Shown here piece after piece: positions 1 through 9,666 of a DNA stretch of 22,959 nt. Each line of letters starts with the position of its first letter. The stretch's first letter is position 1. The stretch lies in NCBI GenBank assembly GCA_019057635.1, contig DXJL01000102.1, positions 1 through 22,959 on the forward strand, read 5' to 3'. The translations under genes were made by a program, and so were the position numbers. The notes below the pieces were generated by a model that was not told the DNA's origin, ran no database searches, and was given only the letters and a program-made list of their open reading frames with translations. Source of the DNA: Candidatus Heimdallarchaeota archaeon. Lineage in GTDB: Archaea > Asgardarchaeota > Heimdallarchaeia > Hodarchaeales > Hodarchaeaceae.

Positions 1-1
1 A

Positions 2-193
2 TTTATTTCTTTTAGACAAGTGAGGAAAGCTGCAAACCGGGAAGATCTATGTAAATTATGCCCAGAGTACAAAAGCAATAGGATTTGTAATGGTTTACGA
101 TTAGAAGCAGAAGCGATGAGAAAATATTCAGATTATGCCTCAGATTTATTACACGCTGAACTGAAAGAAAAGTACAGTAGAAAACTCAACTGA
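2..193 (+). CDS. 3' end of an ORF entering from the left edge (partial, hypothetical; CxxC...C)
   Basis: Frame is open from position 2 to TGA at 191-193 (FISFRQVRKAANREDLCKLCPEYKSNRICNGLRLEAEAMRK...KYSRKLN*). It stops 13 nt before repeat copy 1. Confidence 0.5.
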   Translation, partial: FISFRQVRKAANREDLCKLCPEYKSNRICNGLRLEAEAMRKYSDYASDLLHAELKEKYSRKLN

Positions 194-206
194 AGCACTT
201 TTTCAC

Positions 207-304
207 GACTCCTTACGCTATAACTTCTAAATGTTTAGAAGGAAACGAGAGGACTGACCATTTCCACACTATCCTAATGATAGTAGCCCGTGTGCGATTA
301 GTGG
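207..304 (-). repeat. 23S-3'-end/trailer repeat, copy 1 (trailer plus extreme 3' end of 23S)
   Basis: GACTCCTTACGCTAT...AAACGAGAGGACTGACCATTTCCACA...TAGCCCGTGTGCGATTAGTGG aligns by eye to 21527-21613. Confidence 0.9.
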
Positions 305-648
305 AAGTGTGTAAGAAACACTAAACAATACTTTACCTGTGTTCGTAACGCGAGAGGGGTTGACATTCGGGATAAGAAAATGTGCAATCACCAAAGCTAA
401 ATATCCCCAAATTTAAGGCCTATCCAAAAGATCGAAGATCTCTATAGCAACTATATGCGTTAGAAAATCCTGTATGAAAACTTCAGTTCACGAAGGAGAA
501 TGTCAGCTCATGAGAAGACGATCAAGAGGGAGAAATGAATCTTTATAAATGGTGATCTGATGTTTATGACCAACTTTCCTCACCTGACTTTCAAAGGGAT
601 AAGTAATGCTAAAATTTCCATGAAAAAACCAGAGATGATGTAAAGAAG

Positions 649-2304
649 ATGGAACCTCTGAAAAATGCCACAAAATGGGGAGATCGTGAGTCTACTCATA
701 TTAAAGTAACCGACCCGCTTAAGAAATTCGTTTTTCAGCATTTAGGTATGGATCCAGATACCCTTTCCAAAAAATACCCGCAAAAGAAGACGTTAGATGC
801 TATCCTAGGTGATTCCCATCTTTCGGCTACCTTTCAATCTGAGTTAACACAACTAATCGATAAAACGCAAATAACTACTGATCCTTGGACTCGCATCACC
901 AACTCTTTAGGTCAAGGTTATGTGGAATCACTTCGCTCACGTTTTTCGGATATACCAGCCGTGGTTGAATTAGTAGTTTTTCCTCATAGTCATGAGGAGG
1001 TCGTTAAAGTTGTCCAATTAGCGAATAAACATAAAGTGCCCCTTTCAACTGTTGCTGGAGCTACATCTGTCACGCTGGGTATTGAACCTTCCCTCGGCAT
1101 CATCGCAGTAAATTTAACGCAGATGAATAAAATAATTGATGTGAATCCAGAAGCCCAATATATCACAGTTGAAAGCGGGATTTTGGGCCCTGACTTAGAA
1201 GCCCAGCTAAAAACCTATGGGTTGACTCTTGGGCATTTTCCTCAATCGTTTGAATATAGTACATTGGGGGGCTGGGCTGCCACACGGGGTGCAGGACAGA
1301 ATTCTACCCTTTACGGCAAAATTGAAGAAATGGTGATGGGGATGAAGTTTGTCACGGGTTTAGGAGAAACATTAATCACCAGAAAAGCCCCTGCACGAGC
1401 AACAGGACCCGATATCAATCATATACTGCTCGGTTCCGAAGGAACTTTTGGTATAATTACCGAAATGACCCTGCGTGTTTGGAAAACTCCTAGAAAGACA
1501 CGTTTGTCAGCTTTTTTCTTCAAAAGCTTTGAAGAAGGACTTTTGGCCTATAAGGAGATTCTACAGAACGGATATCGTCCTGCGGTGATGCGTATTTCAG
1601 ACAGCGAAGAGACCTATTACAATATTGTAGCTCAAGCGTTAATGCGTGACCCCCCCAAGATGCCTTTTTCATACCGAATGCTCTTGGGACTCTTAGAAAA
1701 AAAAGGCTATAAAGATGGAACACGGAGTATGGGTATTCTCTCGTTTGAAGGTGATCCCCCGCTTGTTGCCTTAACATTCAAACAGGCAAAAAAGTCTATT
1801 AACAGATATAAAGGAGTTTATATCGGATCAAGACCTGCAAAAAGCTGGTACAAAAGACGGTATGAACTTCCTTTTGTCCGTGATCCCCTCATTGATCATG
1901 GTATCCTCATTGACACATTTGAAACTAGTACCACTTGGGATAATATTATGAATTTATATCGTGTAACAAGAAAAATATTGAAACCCGAATGTCCGATTCT
2001 CTGGACGCATGGAAGCCATTTTTACCCAAATGGTGCCAATCTTTATTTTACACTAGTTGCACCACAGAAGGAGAAGGACGAATTCACCCAGTATTATCGT
2101 ATCAGGAAGAAGGTCTTAGATACATTCCAAGCTTATGGCGGAACTCTAAGTCATCATCATGGAATCGGCCGATCGTTTATCACTAATTATCTAGCTGAGA
2201 TCGGAGATGAAGGGTTAAAAACGCTTAGAAGTATTAAAAACACGCTTGATCCGAATAAGATCATGAATCCAGGTATTTTTGGATTAGACTCTAAATCTAG
2301 CTAG
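649..2304 (+). CDS. FAD-linked oxidase, alkyl-dihydroxyacetonephosphate synthase (AGPS)-like
   Basis: Family motifs GHFPQSFEYSTLGGWAATRGAGQ, GSEGTFGIITE, SHHHGIG and LDPNKIMNPG of the VAO/PCMH fold. The HHH motif is typical of the ADPS subgroup. Confidence 0.85.
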   Translation: MEPLKNATKWGDRESTHIKVTDPLKKFVFQHLGMDPDTLSKKYPQKKTLDAILGDSHLSATFQSELTQLIDKTQITTDPWTRITNSLGQGYVESLRSRFSDIPAVVELVVFPHSHEEVVKVVQLANKHKVPLSTVAGATSVTLGIEPSLGIIAVNLTQMNKIIDVNPEAQYITVESGILGPDLEAQLKTYGLTLGHFPQSFEYSTLGGWAATRGAGQNSTLYGKIEEMVMGMKFVTGLGETLITRKAPARATGPDINHILLGSEGTFGIITEMTLRVWKTPRKTRLSAFFFKSFEEGLLAYKEILQNGYRPAVMRISDSEETYYNIVAQALMRDPPKMPFSYRMLLGLLEKKGYKDGTRSMGILSFEGDPPLVALTFKQAKKSINRYKGVYIGSRPAKSWYKRRYELPFVRDPLIDHGILIDTFETSTTWDNIMNLYRVTRKILKPECPILWTHGSHFYPNGANLYFTLVAPQKEKDEFTQYYRIRKKVLDTFQAYGGTLSHHHGIGRSFITNYLAEIGDEGLKTLRSIKNTLDPNKIMNPGIFGLDSKSS

Positions 2305-2501
2305 AAAATACCCTTGCTCAAAATAGTGCTCGGAAATATTAGTTCACCCTTCCCATTTTTCTCTTCACCTCCCTATGACTCACAGACATTTCCAAGGACA
2401 GAAAATACCAAATTTTTTTCTTGAAATAGAAAAGAAAGAACCCGTGTGCAAGGAGTGGGAGTGAGTAAGAATTATGGTAAACGGATCCTTCTAAAGGAAT
2501 C

Positions 2502-3119
2502 TCATCTTAAACTAATTTTTGGGAACAACATAGGTACTTTCGCTCTATACTCTTCATAATCGGATCCAAATTCCCGAATTAATTCTTTTTCCTCCTTTCT
2601 TGCTATTATATAAAGATAAATAAACATAAGGGGTGTAAGGAGAAAGGAGTAAAGTGCTGATAGAAGAATAGATATTGCAAAATGGGCAAGTAGTGCTCCC
2701 ATGTATTGAGGGTGTCTAACTCGTCTATAAACTCCTGTACTAATAACTCTCTCTGGTCGATGGGTTTCGGCTACCTTAAAGGTCACCTCTTTAACACCCA
2801 TGAAAGAAAACCATAGTACTACAACAATAATGGGTAAGAAGATAAGAACATGGATGATTGGAGTATTTAAATTAACAACTGGGAGCATTAAGGATATCTC
2901 TGAGAAAAGAGGAATACTGAAACGTGGTTGAGGAGCAAACCATATTCCAAACATAAAAAGAAAATAACCCCAACCTGAAATGAGGCCAAGAATATCCCCA
3001 ATTCTTTTCCCCTTGGATTTCCCGAACTTCTTTTGTAACCTCTGATGTTCTAATGACCAAATATAGAGAGGAAAAATCATAGTTTCTCCTAATATGCTTA
3101 TCCAAAACATCAAACTCAT
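2502..3119 (-). CDS. Isoprenylcysteine carboxyl methyltransferase / PEMT-family membrane methyltransferase
   Basis: Several TM segments plus GVYRRVRHPQY and EEKELIREFGSDYEEYRAKVP. The ORF-track start at 3245 lies inside repeat copy 2, so ATG 3119 is the more likely start. Confidence 0.8.
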   Translation of the reverse strand: MSLMFWISILGETMIFPLYIWSLEHQRLQKKFGKSKGKRIGDILGLISGWGYFLFMFGIWFAPQPRFSIPLFSEISLMLPVVNLNTPIIHVLIFLPIIVVVLWFSFMGVKEVTFKVAETHRPERVISTGVYRRVRHPQYMGALLAHFAISILLSALYSFLLTPLMFIYLYIIARKEEKELIREFGSDYEEYRAKVPMLFPKISLR

Positions 3120-3204
3120 TTTAATCCAGATAAATATTGGTTCTAATATGAAAAATAAAGCTTCTCCATTTGTTACTTCTTTGGAAAAACTCACGAAAAA
3201 AGAG

Positions 3205-3339
3205 ACCACCAGACATAAGACCAGAAGACACAACAACACACTCATTTGGACTCCTTACGCTATAACTTCTAATTAATAAGAAGTAAACGAGAGGAGTGAC
3301 AATTTCCACATTTGTTCTTAGAAATAGTCCGTATGCGAT
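3205..3339 (-). repeat. 23S-3'-end/trailer repeat, copy 2
   Basis: ACCACCAGACATAAGACCAGAAG...CACTCATTTGGACTCCT...GTAAACGAGAGGAGTGACAATTTCCACATT...AATAGTCCGTATGCGAT matches 21475-21608. Confidence 0.92.
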
Positions 3340-3340
3340 T

Positions 3341-4192
3341 TCATACGAGGTGATCGGATTGTGAAAGATTATTTTGGCCCAAGAATTGTGATTTTTTAGT
3401 TGCCGCCTCTACAGCATCAATCAGAATTGAACGAAAACCACGAGCTTCCATTAATTGTAAAGCCGAAGCTGTAGTGCCTCCTGGAGACATGATAGCATCC
3501 CTTAGAATCCCTGGATGTACATTTTGTTCTAAAAGTAACTTAGCAGCACCCATAACGGTCTGTGCACTCAAAATAAGTGCTTCACGCCGGGGTAAACCTG
3601 CTAAAACACCTCCATCGGCTAATGCTTCGATAAACACAAATACATAAGCAGGACCTGTTCCAGAAAGACCTGTGACCGCATCTAGCAAGTATTCTGGGAA
3701 CTGAAAGACCTTTCCTAAGGAACCAAAGACGATTTCGACAATTTCTGAGTCTCGATTATCATTTCTGGTTCCAAGACTATAGCCAGCTGCCCCTTCTCCT
3801 ACTTGAAAAGGCATATTGGGCATTATCCTCACACAACGTGAATTTCCAGTTAATTCTTCGATAATCGATAAAGGTACACCAGCAGCGATTGATATTACTA
3901 AATGATCACTTGTGAAAGCAATTTGTAGTTTTTGGAGGGTTGTTAGAAATACTTGGGGTTTAACACAGATGAAAATAATGTCGCTTTGCTCAACTATTTG
4001 TTGATTATTTAAGGCTGCATTAATACCAGTTTCTTCAACTAGATCCATTAGCAGCTCGTTTATAATGTCATATGCAAGTATTTGATCAGGATTCACCAAT
4101 TTTTCTTTCAATAATCCTCTGATCAGGGCAGTTCCCATTATTCCTGTACCGATTACTCCTATGGATTCTGATAACCGTGGTTTATTACTCAT
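3341..4192 (-). CDS. proC: Pyrroline-5-carboxylate reductase
   Basis: Rossmann motif GVIGTGIMG, plus VKPQ, ISIAAG, RIMPN, DAVTGLSGTGPAY and SPGGTT. Confidence 0.95.
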   Translation of the reverse strand: MSNKPRLSESIGVIGTGIMGTALIRGLLKEKLVNPDQILAYDIINELLMDLVEETGINAALNNQQIVEQSDIIFICVKPQVFLTTLQKLQIAFTSDHLVISIAAGVPLSIIEELTGNSRCVRIMPNMPFQVGEGAAGYSLGTRNDNRDSEIVEIVFGSLGKVFQFPEYLLDAVTGLSGTGPAYVFVFIEALADGGVLAGLPRREALILSAQTVMGAAKLLLEQNVHPGILRDAIMSPGGTTASALQLMEARGFRSILIDAVEAATKKSQFLGQNNLSQSDHLV

Positions 4193-4321
4193 AGTCAGAA
4201 TTTCTCCTTTGGCACTCTATGTTAGGAATAAAGTAAATGATTTAATTTTATTCTCCAAAGTTTTTCTTTTTACTTTGATTTTCTAATTAAGAAATACAAT
4301 GGAAAAATGAAGTAAAACTTC

Positions 4322-4391
4322 GAAGTAAACATGAGAACTGAAAATATCCACATTCGGTAGTAAACAGTAGCACATGGGAGATGAGGAGTGG
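4322..4391 (-). repeat. 23S-3'-end/trailer repeat, copy 3 (highly degenerate)
   Basis: GAAGTAAACATGAGAACTGAAAATATCCACATT..GTAGTAAACAGTAGCACATGGGAGATGAG is collinear with the consensus AAGTAAACGAGAGGACT..CATTTCCACATT..TAGTAACAATAGCCCGTGTACGATGAG. Confidence 0.65.
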
Positions 4392-4557
4392 AATTTACTA
4401 CTACACTAATTTCTGATTGAAAAAAATCAATCTTCTTTAGCAATGAAGAATGAGATTATTCTTTTAAGCTTCTGCTATAGTAGGATCGTCACATCAGAAA
4501 ATAGTCTGCTTCTGAAAAACCACATATTAGACAGTATTCAAAAGAAGGAAAACCCTT

Positions 4558-4767
4558 ATGAAAAGTAAATTCAGGCGATTTAATGACCACTCACTGAACC
4601 GAATTGGATTATTGTTAATTATACTATTTTTATTAGCATCTTCTAGACCAATGCTGCAAGATAGTGGAGAAAAATTTCCAAATATTTATGCTATATCATC
4701 AAGAGTTGAGGTTATCGGAGTAGATACCAGTCCTCCGAGTATAGAATTAATTTCTCCAGAAAACTAA
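4558..4767 (+). pseudogene. Probable truncated secreted protein (signal peptide plus start of an Ig-like strand)
   Basis: Basic-hydrophobic N-terminus. It ends abruptly at DTSPPSIELISPEN, a D-x-x-PP-x-I-x-x-x-SP-x-N pattern that usually opens Ig-like repeats. Confidence 0.4.
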
Positions 4768-5188
4768 TGAGAAAGAAGTATCGAGAGCAAAGAAAAATTC
4801 ATCAGTCCCTAGAGATTTACTCTAATCCGCCTGAAAAACTATTAATTATTGATAAAGAACACAAAATACTAGTTACAATTTCAGCGAAGGGGTTATTAAC
4901 TATCGATAAGATTTATACTCAAATATAGACAATTATGGACTCTCAACCTCACGAGAAAAGAGGAAGTTAACGAAATTTACATGGGAGCTTATAAAGGGTC
5001 AGGTGGATTATAGGATGGAGTCACGCTTGAAATTCAACCACCGATTACCCCCTCATGCTGTGGTAGAAATCAACTCACGTGAACAATTAGGCGATCCGAA
5101 CTTAGACGACTTCTCGGAGAGGCATCCATCAACTCAGTGGTTCAATGAACCTATATTCACAGGCTTATGTCCTATATGGGTGTAAGTA

Positions 5189-5212
5189 TCCCGCCCGACT
5201 GTCCTGGCGGGG
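5189..5212. terminator. GC-rich hairpin just after the small ORF 5015-5185
   Basis: CCCGCC (5190-5195) pairs with GGCGGG (5206-5211) around a 10-nt loop. Function is not established. Confidence 0.3.
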
Positions 5213-5358
5213 AAACGGTTCACCTTCAATCATAATAAAGGTGACTAGATGGATTCATATTCGTTTCTTAGTATTCCTAAGAAAGGAATAAATGTCCATA
5301 AAGAAAGGAACGGTGGATACGCACATTTCCCCCACCTGAGTAATTTCAAGGGGTTTCT

Positions 5359-6894
5359 ATGAGCAAGCTAGACAATTTAAAGAGGTCTATCAAAACTATC
5401 TGCCAACAATTTCCCAAATTTATATTAAATTTTGATCTAGCAGAACGAGAGCTTATTAATGAATTTTTAACAGTTATTGGTCATTTTGAAGAAGCAGATA
5501 ATAAACGAGAGACACTATCCAAACGTTTTGATGAATATTCAGGTAGGGTTACAAAGAATGACCTCTATCTGAGAACTCCTTTTCTCTGGTTGACTGTATG
5601 CATTGCCGAAAATACGGTCTATCACCTCAGTATTTCACGATTTTATGCCACAGAATTTTATAAATTCTTATTATACCAGCTACGGAATCTTTATCCACTG
5701 ATAAAAAGAGGAGTGCAGCTTTCAGCATTCGATTATGAACAATTACAGATTAAATGTGATGAACCTAATTTTATATTATCATCTGATGAAATAGAAGTGT
5801 TAAAAACCACATATACCTCTCTTGAAAAATCAGGATTGGATTCTCTTGGTTCCAAAGCCATTAAAGATGAAATCAACAGAAATATGCTGATTCCACGAAA
5901 ATACAAGACTCATTCGGAATTATTACGGTTCTATACCCTCGTGGGAGGAAAATGGTGGCTCCAATTCCATCCTGCAGCGATTGGTTTGTCTCGTGTATTC
6001 TTTCATATTCATCTCTCAAAAAATATTGAACTGAACCAGATAATCGATTTTACTGATCCAGACAATATGGTACTTGGATTAAGTAACGTTCATCAAGTAG
6101 GAACCTCAAAAACCGAATATATCGGTACTTTACTCATCCCTACTCGTGATATAGATAACCTGTACACTTATTTTAAACTGTGCGAATATAAAAACAACTT
6201 AAAGATCAAAAAATTTGATTTACTTGATAAAATTCAGCGCAGTTCGGCATTCACTCTTTATAAACCTAATTTGGGATGGCAGAAATTACCTACAAAGGAA
6301 CGACACGCGATTGCTAGGATTTTCCATTCAGATAGTGTAGTAGAGGCACTCAATCATGATCTCTACTTTCAAAACCCACCATTGACCTCTAATCAGTGGT
6401 CATTTACTCAACATCCTCTTCCAGAGGAAATAATTGAATTAATCTGTAGAATTTCATTTCAGTTCTCTTTTTCTCACTTGCTCTATGATGATATCTTCAA
6501 AGAAAAGGATAAACATCATTCTTTAAGAGATATTGAACAGTTAAGAAAGTTGCATGATAAAAAAGTTTTGGAAATAGGATTTACTCCGTGGAGATTGATC
6601 TACAATCATTCTGTAAAGCGTTATTGTATTAAATTACCGAATGTCACCTTAGAGAAATTAAAATATCTGTTAAATATTCTTCCTTATGCAGAGACATATT
6701 TTTCCCAAGACCAGATCTATATTTGGACCCGATTGCGTGATGAAGATGTTGCTTGGATGAAAAATCAGTTTAAGGGGATCTTAGTCCCAGTGGTAAGAGT
6801 TCATTCTATATCTACACTTGATTTTGAGTGGTTTGATAGAGAAAATTTACAATGGATCAGTCCTAAAATCTTGCACAACCCACCCTCAGATTAG
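5359..6894 (+). CDS. Hypothetical cytoplasmic protein (511 aa)
   Basis: Long uninterrupted ORF with no motif I can assign confidently. Confidence 0.75.
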   Translation: MSKLDNLKRSIKTICQQFPKFILNFDLAERELINEFLTVIGHFEEADNKRETLSKRFDEYSGRVTKNDLYLRTPFLWLTVCIAENTVYHLSISRFYATEFYKFLLYQLRNLYPLIKRGVQLSAFDYEQLQIKCDEPNFILSSDEIEVLKTTYTSLEKSGLDSLGSKAIKDEINRNMLIPRKYKTHSELLRFYTLVGGKWWLQFHPAAIGLSRVFFHIHLSKNIELNQIIDFTDPDNMVLGLSNVHQVGTSKTEYIGTLLIPTRDIDNLYTYFKLCEYKNNLKIKKFDLLDKIQRSSAFTLYKPNLGWQKLPTKERHAIARIFHSDSVVEALNHDLYFQNPPLTSNQWSFTQHPLPEEIIELICRISFQFSFSHLLYDDIFKEKDKHHSLRDIEQLRKLHDKKVLEIGFTPWRLIYNHSVKRYCIKLPNVTLEKLKYLLNILPYAETYFSQDQIYIWTRLRDEDVAWMKNQFKGILVPVVRVHSISTLDFEWFDRENLQWISPKILHNPPSD

Positions 6895-7819
6895 AGGAAG
6901 AACCGTAATTAAGAAAAAAAAGAGGAGAAGGGAAATTGGGTTATTAGGAAGGTATTATGTCTTAAAGTCCGCTATCAGGACCATCTCTGGGGGGCATCAT
7001 GGGAGTTGACCTCAATATATGTCTTTGAAAGGACTTTTTAATCACACGAAAAAAGAAGAATTGGAGGAAGTGCGTTATCTTAAGAAATAGTTTACGTAGA
7101 TTATTTACCATCGTTTCCGTGATCATTTGGGGCCATCATTTGAGAACCTCAGACGTTGGTGACAAACCGTTCTTTTAGAAAACCTAGAAAAGATTCCCCG
7201 AGGAGGGGAGAAAGGGGAGAGAGAGCTGACTATGATTTAAATATTCAAAATCGATTTCAGCTCCTTTCAGAGGCTATCAATCGGGAACATTTTTCATTCT
7301 TTACTCAACTGGAAAAATGGGAAGACTATCTCCAAGAGAATGTGTCCTTTAATAAACGAATAGAATTGGCTCAATTAGAAAATCTAGTGTCGAAAATGCT
7401 CTATACATAAGCAGGAGAGATCCCACTTCAAACCCTCGCAGAATTGAATCAATATGAGGAATTTAAATCCTATTTGAACGATCGAAAATACTGCAGCCTG
7501 AAATAGAGAACATTTAATCAACAGAGGGAATAGATCCGAAAATGAAAATTGTGGAGTAGGACTGTATTCGCTTGAAAAGCACTTGGAAGTGTATTGACAG
7601 ACCCACTAGTCAAGATTAAATAAGCGTTTGAAGGAATGATTTTACCAGTTTTCGCATAGAAGGTGAAAGATAATGGGTAAAAGAATAGGTAGTAATCATA
7701 GACGAACGCAAAAAATCCAACGAATAGCCGTTATAAAGCCAACCGGAATAACAAAGCAAATCAACTGAATCCAACTCACAGGAAATCAAAACGATAAAAT
7801 GGAAAGGGAAGAGATTTAG

Positions 7820-8044
7820 ATGGTGAGGATTTTTAGGAATAAAAAAGGGGATAAACGGTTTGGAGACGCAGGAAAATCGGAACATCGACAGGTAGCAGAA
7901 AAAAAAATGGGAAGAAGGTTAAGACGGGGTGAAGTCGTCCATTATAAGAAGCGCAATAAAGGTGATAAACGACGAAAGAAGCTCAGTATGTTTCGCAGTA
8001 AAAAACAACATCCTCGAAGTAAAAAGCGCACAGGACGATGGTAG
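7820..8044 (+). pseudogene. Small HNH-endonuclease-like ORF with degenerate catalytic residues
   Basis: EHRQVAEKKMGRRLRRGEVVHYKKRNKGDKRRKKL matches the HNH_3 pattern HR-x-VAE-x-x-LGR-x-L-x-x-x-EVVHH-x-x-x-NK-x-DN-x-x-x-NL, but with H>Y and N>K changes. Confidence 0.6.
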
Positions 8045-8080
8045 AAGTAAAAAAAACTTTTATTAATAGAAAATTGAAAG

Positions 8081-8136
8081 ACCACCAGACAGAAGATCAG
8101 AAGTGGGTAAACGAGAGGACTGACCCTTTTCACATT
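8081..8136 (-). repeat. 23S-trailer repeat, copy 4 (internally deleted)
   Basis: ACCACCAGACAGAAGATCAGAAGT is joined almost directly to GTAAACGAGAGGACTGACCCTTTTCACATT. The middle ~50 nt of the consensus is missing. Confidence 0.85.
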
Positions 8137-8269
8137 ATTCTACGAAAATGTGACAGAAAAAATCAGGGAATCAGTCTGTTCCTACTCATTTACACTAATC
8201 TATCATTCAAGAAAAAATGAGGGAGAAAGAGGATGAGTTCCCCCTAATCCTCAATTGTCTTTCAATGAT

Positions 8270-8935
8270 TTAAGAGTCCTTCTTCCTGTGTTTTAACCCA
8301 ATGAGAATCAAGATTCCCAGATTTACAGGAAGAAGAAAACCTGGAAATCCTTTGGCTTTTGTTGTGGTTGTTGAAGTACTATCCAGGGGAATTACTTCTA
8401 TGGATTGTAAGTCAGGTAGAAATTCATTCAGGATTGGGTGAAAATCAACAGTGATTTGGTCGATAGTGCCAATCTCTAAGAGCTTCGCCAGAGCAATAAT
8501 ACTCAGACCGGGATCGTCCATATCTGGGCACTCAATGAATATCAAAGAAAGCTGGTTATAAACCGCTTGAAAATGCTCATCTTCACTTCCCGATTGCCAT
8601 AAGCCAACGCTGGCGTATGGGTCACCAAGCATCCAGAACAGTAAATTATTTCCAGTAGTAGTGCGGAAAAATAACAATGATCCAACATACTGATTAGTAT
8701 CACCTAACGGAAGCGTAAGTAAGATAAGAACCACCAATGATTCCGTTTCTTCTCTAGCTGGGGCAACAGAAAAATCGTAATCAAGAGTAATCCAGAAACT
8801 CGATCCGTTTTGAGTTACTTGCGAAATTGACACATCGGAATCGAGAAGAATCGCACCAGTAAGAGTAAGGAAGGAAAATGAACCAAATGATAGTAGGCCT
8901 AATAGAAATACTAATGACACATTCTTTGGTTTCAT
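8270..8935 (-). CDS. Secreted protein with Thr-rich linker and PGF-CTERM-like C-terminal anchor
   Basis: N-terminal signal peptide. The C-terminus STSTTTTKAKGFPGF-hydrophobic-KHRKK is a tripartite sorting signal. It starts 11 nt downstream of the hcp stop. Confidence 0.7.
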   Translation of the reverse strand: MKPKNVSLVFLLGLLSFGSFSFLTLTGAILLDSDVSISQVTQNGSSFWITLDYDFSVAPAREETESLVVLILLTLPLGDTNQYVGSLLFFRTTTGNNLLFWMLGDPYASVGLWQSGSEDEHFQAVYNQLSLIFIECPDMDDPGLSIIALAKLLEIGTIDQITVDFHPILNEFLPDLQSIEVIPLDSTSTTTTKAKGFPGFLLPVNLGILILIGLKHRKKDS

Positions 8936-8946
8936 ACTGCTTCACG

Positions 8947-9561
8947 TCAGCCAGATGCGTCGATCCAATCATCTTGAACTTCAATATTACCCTTGGCTTT
9001 TCCTTCCGCATCATATTCAGTGTAAGTCCATTTTATGGTTGCATAGGTGAAAGAAACGGTTTCTCTCGGGACTTCGTCGACACTTATGGTTCCATATCCT
9101 TGAACGGAAGTGATCTTTGCATTGATGAGCTCAATAGTATAAAAATTCTCCCCATTAGGTTCGAAATAAAATCGTAGGATGACCGAGGGAGCAATATCCC
9201 CTTTGACACATTTTTCATATAGTTTTGGAGTCGATTTGTCAATTAATTTCATTATTCGAAGGGGAGAATGCTGTTTACCAGTAAGATCTCCCGTAAGTCG
9301 GTCGTACGGATTACTGATACTATGGGAATAGCCAAGTACTGTTATTGAATTTTTACGATCATCTATTGTTGATTCACCATCGACACCCTCATAAAATAGA
9401 TTCATTGAGATTGAAGTGAAGCTAGGATATTGAGTTTCGAGTGTAGAGGCATTTACATGTTGACCAAAACCGATAATCAACATAGAGAGAGTGGTTATTC
9501 CAATAAGTACCCCTAGAAGAACAACCAAACGGGTATTATGTTTAATTTTCATTTTTATCAC
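8947..9561 (-). CDS. hcp: Hcp/TssD-family (type VI secretion tube) protein with N-terminal signal/TM segment
   Basis: GVDGES...ITVLGYSHSI...TGKQHSPLRIMKLIDKSTPKLY...G...FYTIELINAKITSV...ETVSFTYATIKWTY is the Hcp1 signature. The start may be ATG 9552. Confidence 0.88.
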   Translation of the reverse strand: MIKMKIKHNTRLVVLLGVLIGITTLSMLIIGFGQHVNASTLETQYPSFTSISMNLFYEGVDGESTIDDRKNSITVLGYSHSISNPYDRLTGDLTGKQHSPLRIMKLIDKSTPKLYEKCVKGDIAPSVILRFYFEPNGENFYTIELINAKITSVQGYGTISVDEVPRETVSFTYATIKWTYTEYDAEGKAKGNIEVQDDWIDASG

Positions 9562-9666
9562 TTTGTATTTTGATTAATATTATCTAGTGAACGAGCATCA
9601 TCAATGGATACTGGGATTCTTATGCTTATCGCTTTCTAATGGGTGTCCGTCTGACATGTTAAGTTT

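Noticed and set aside
3120-3309. N-terminal extension of the ICMT-like ORF and the short ORFs 3094-3276 and 3121-3309
   Set aside because: They overlap repeat copy 2, and the hydrophobic look comes from the T-rich trailer.
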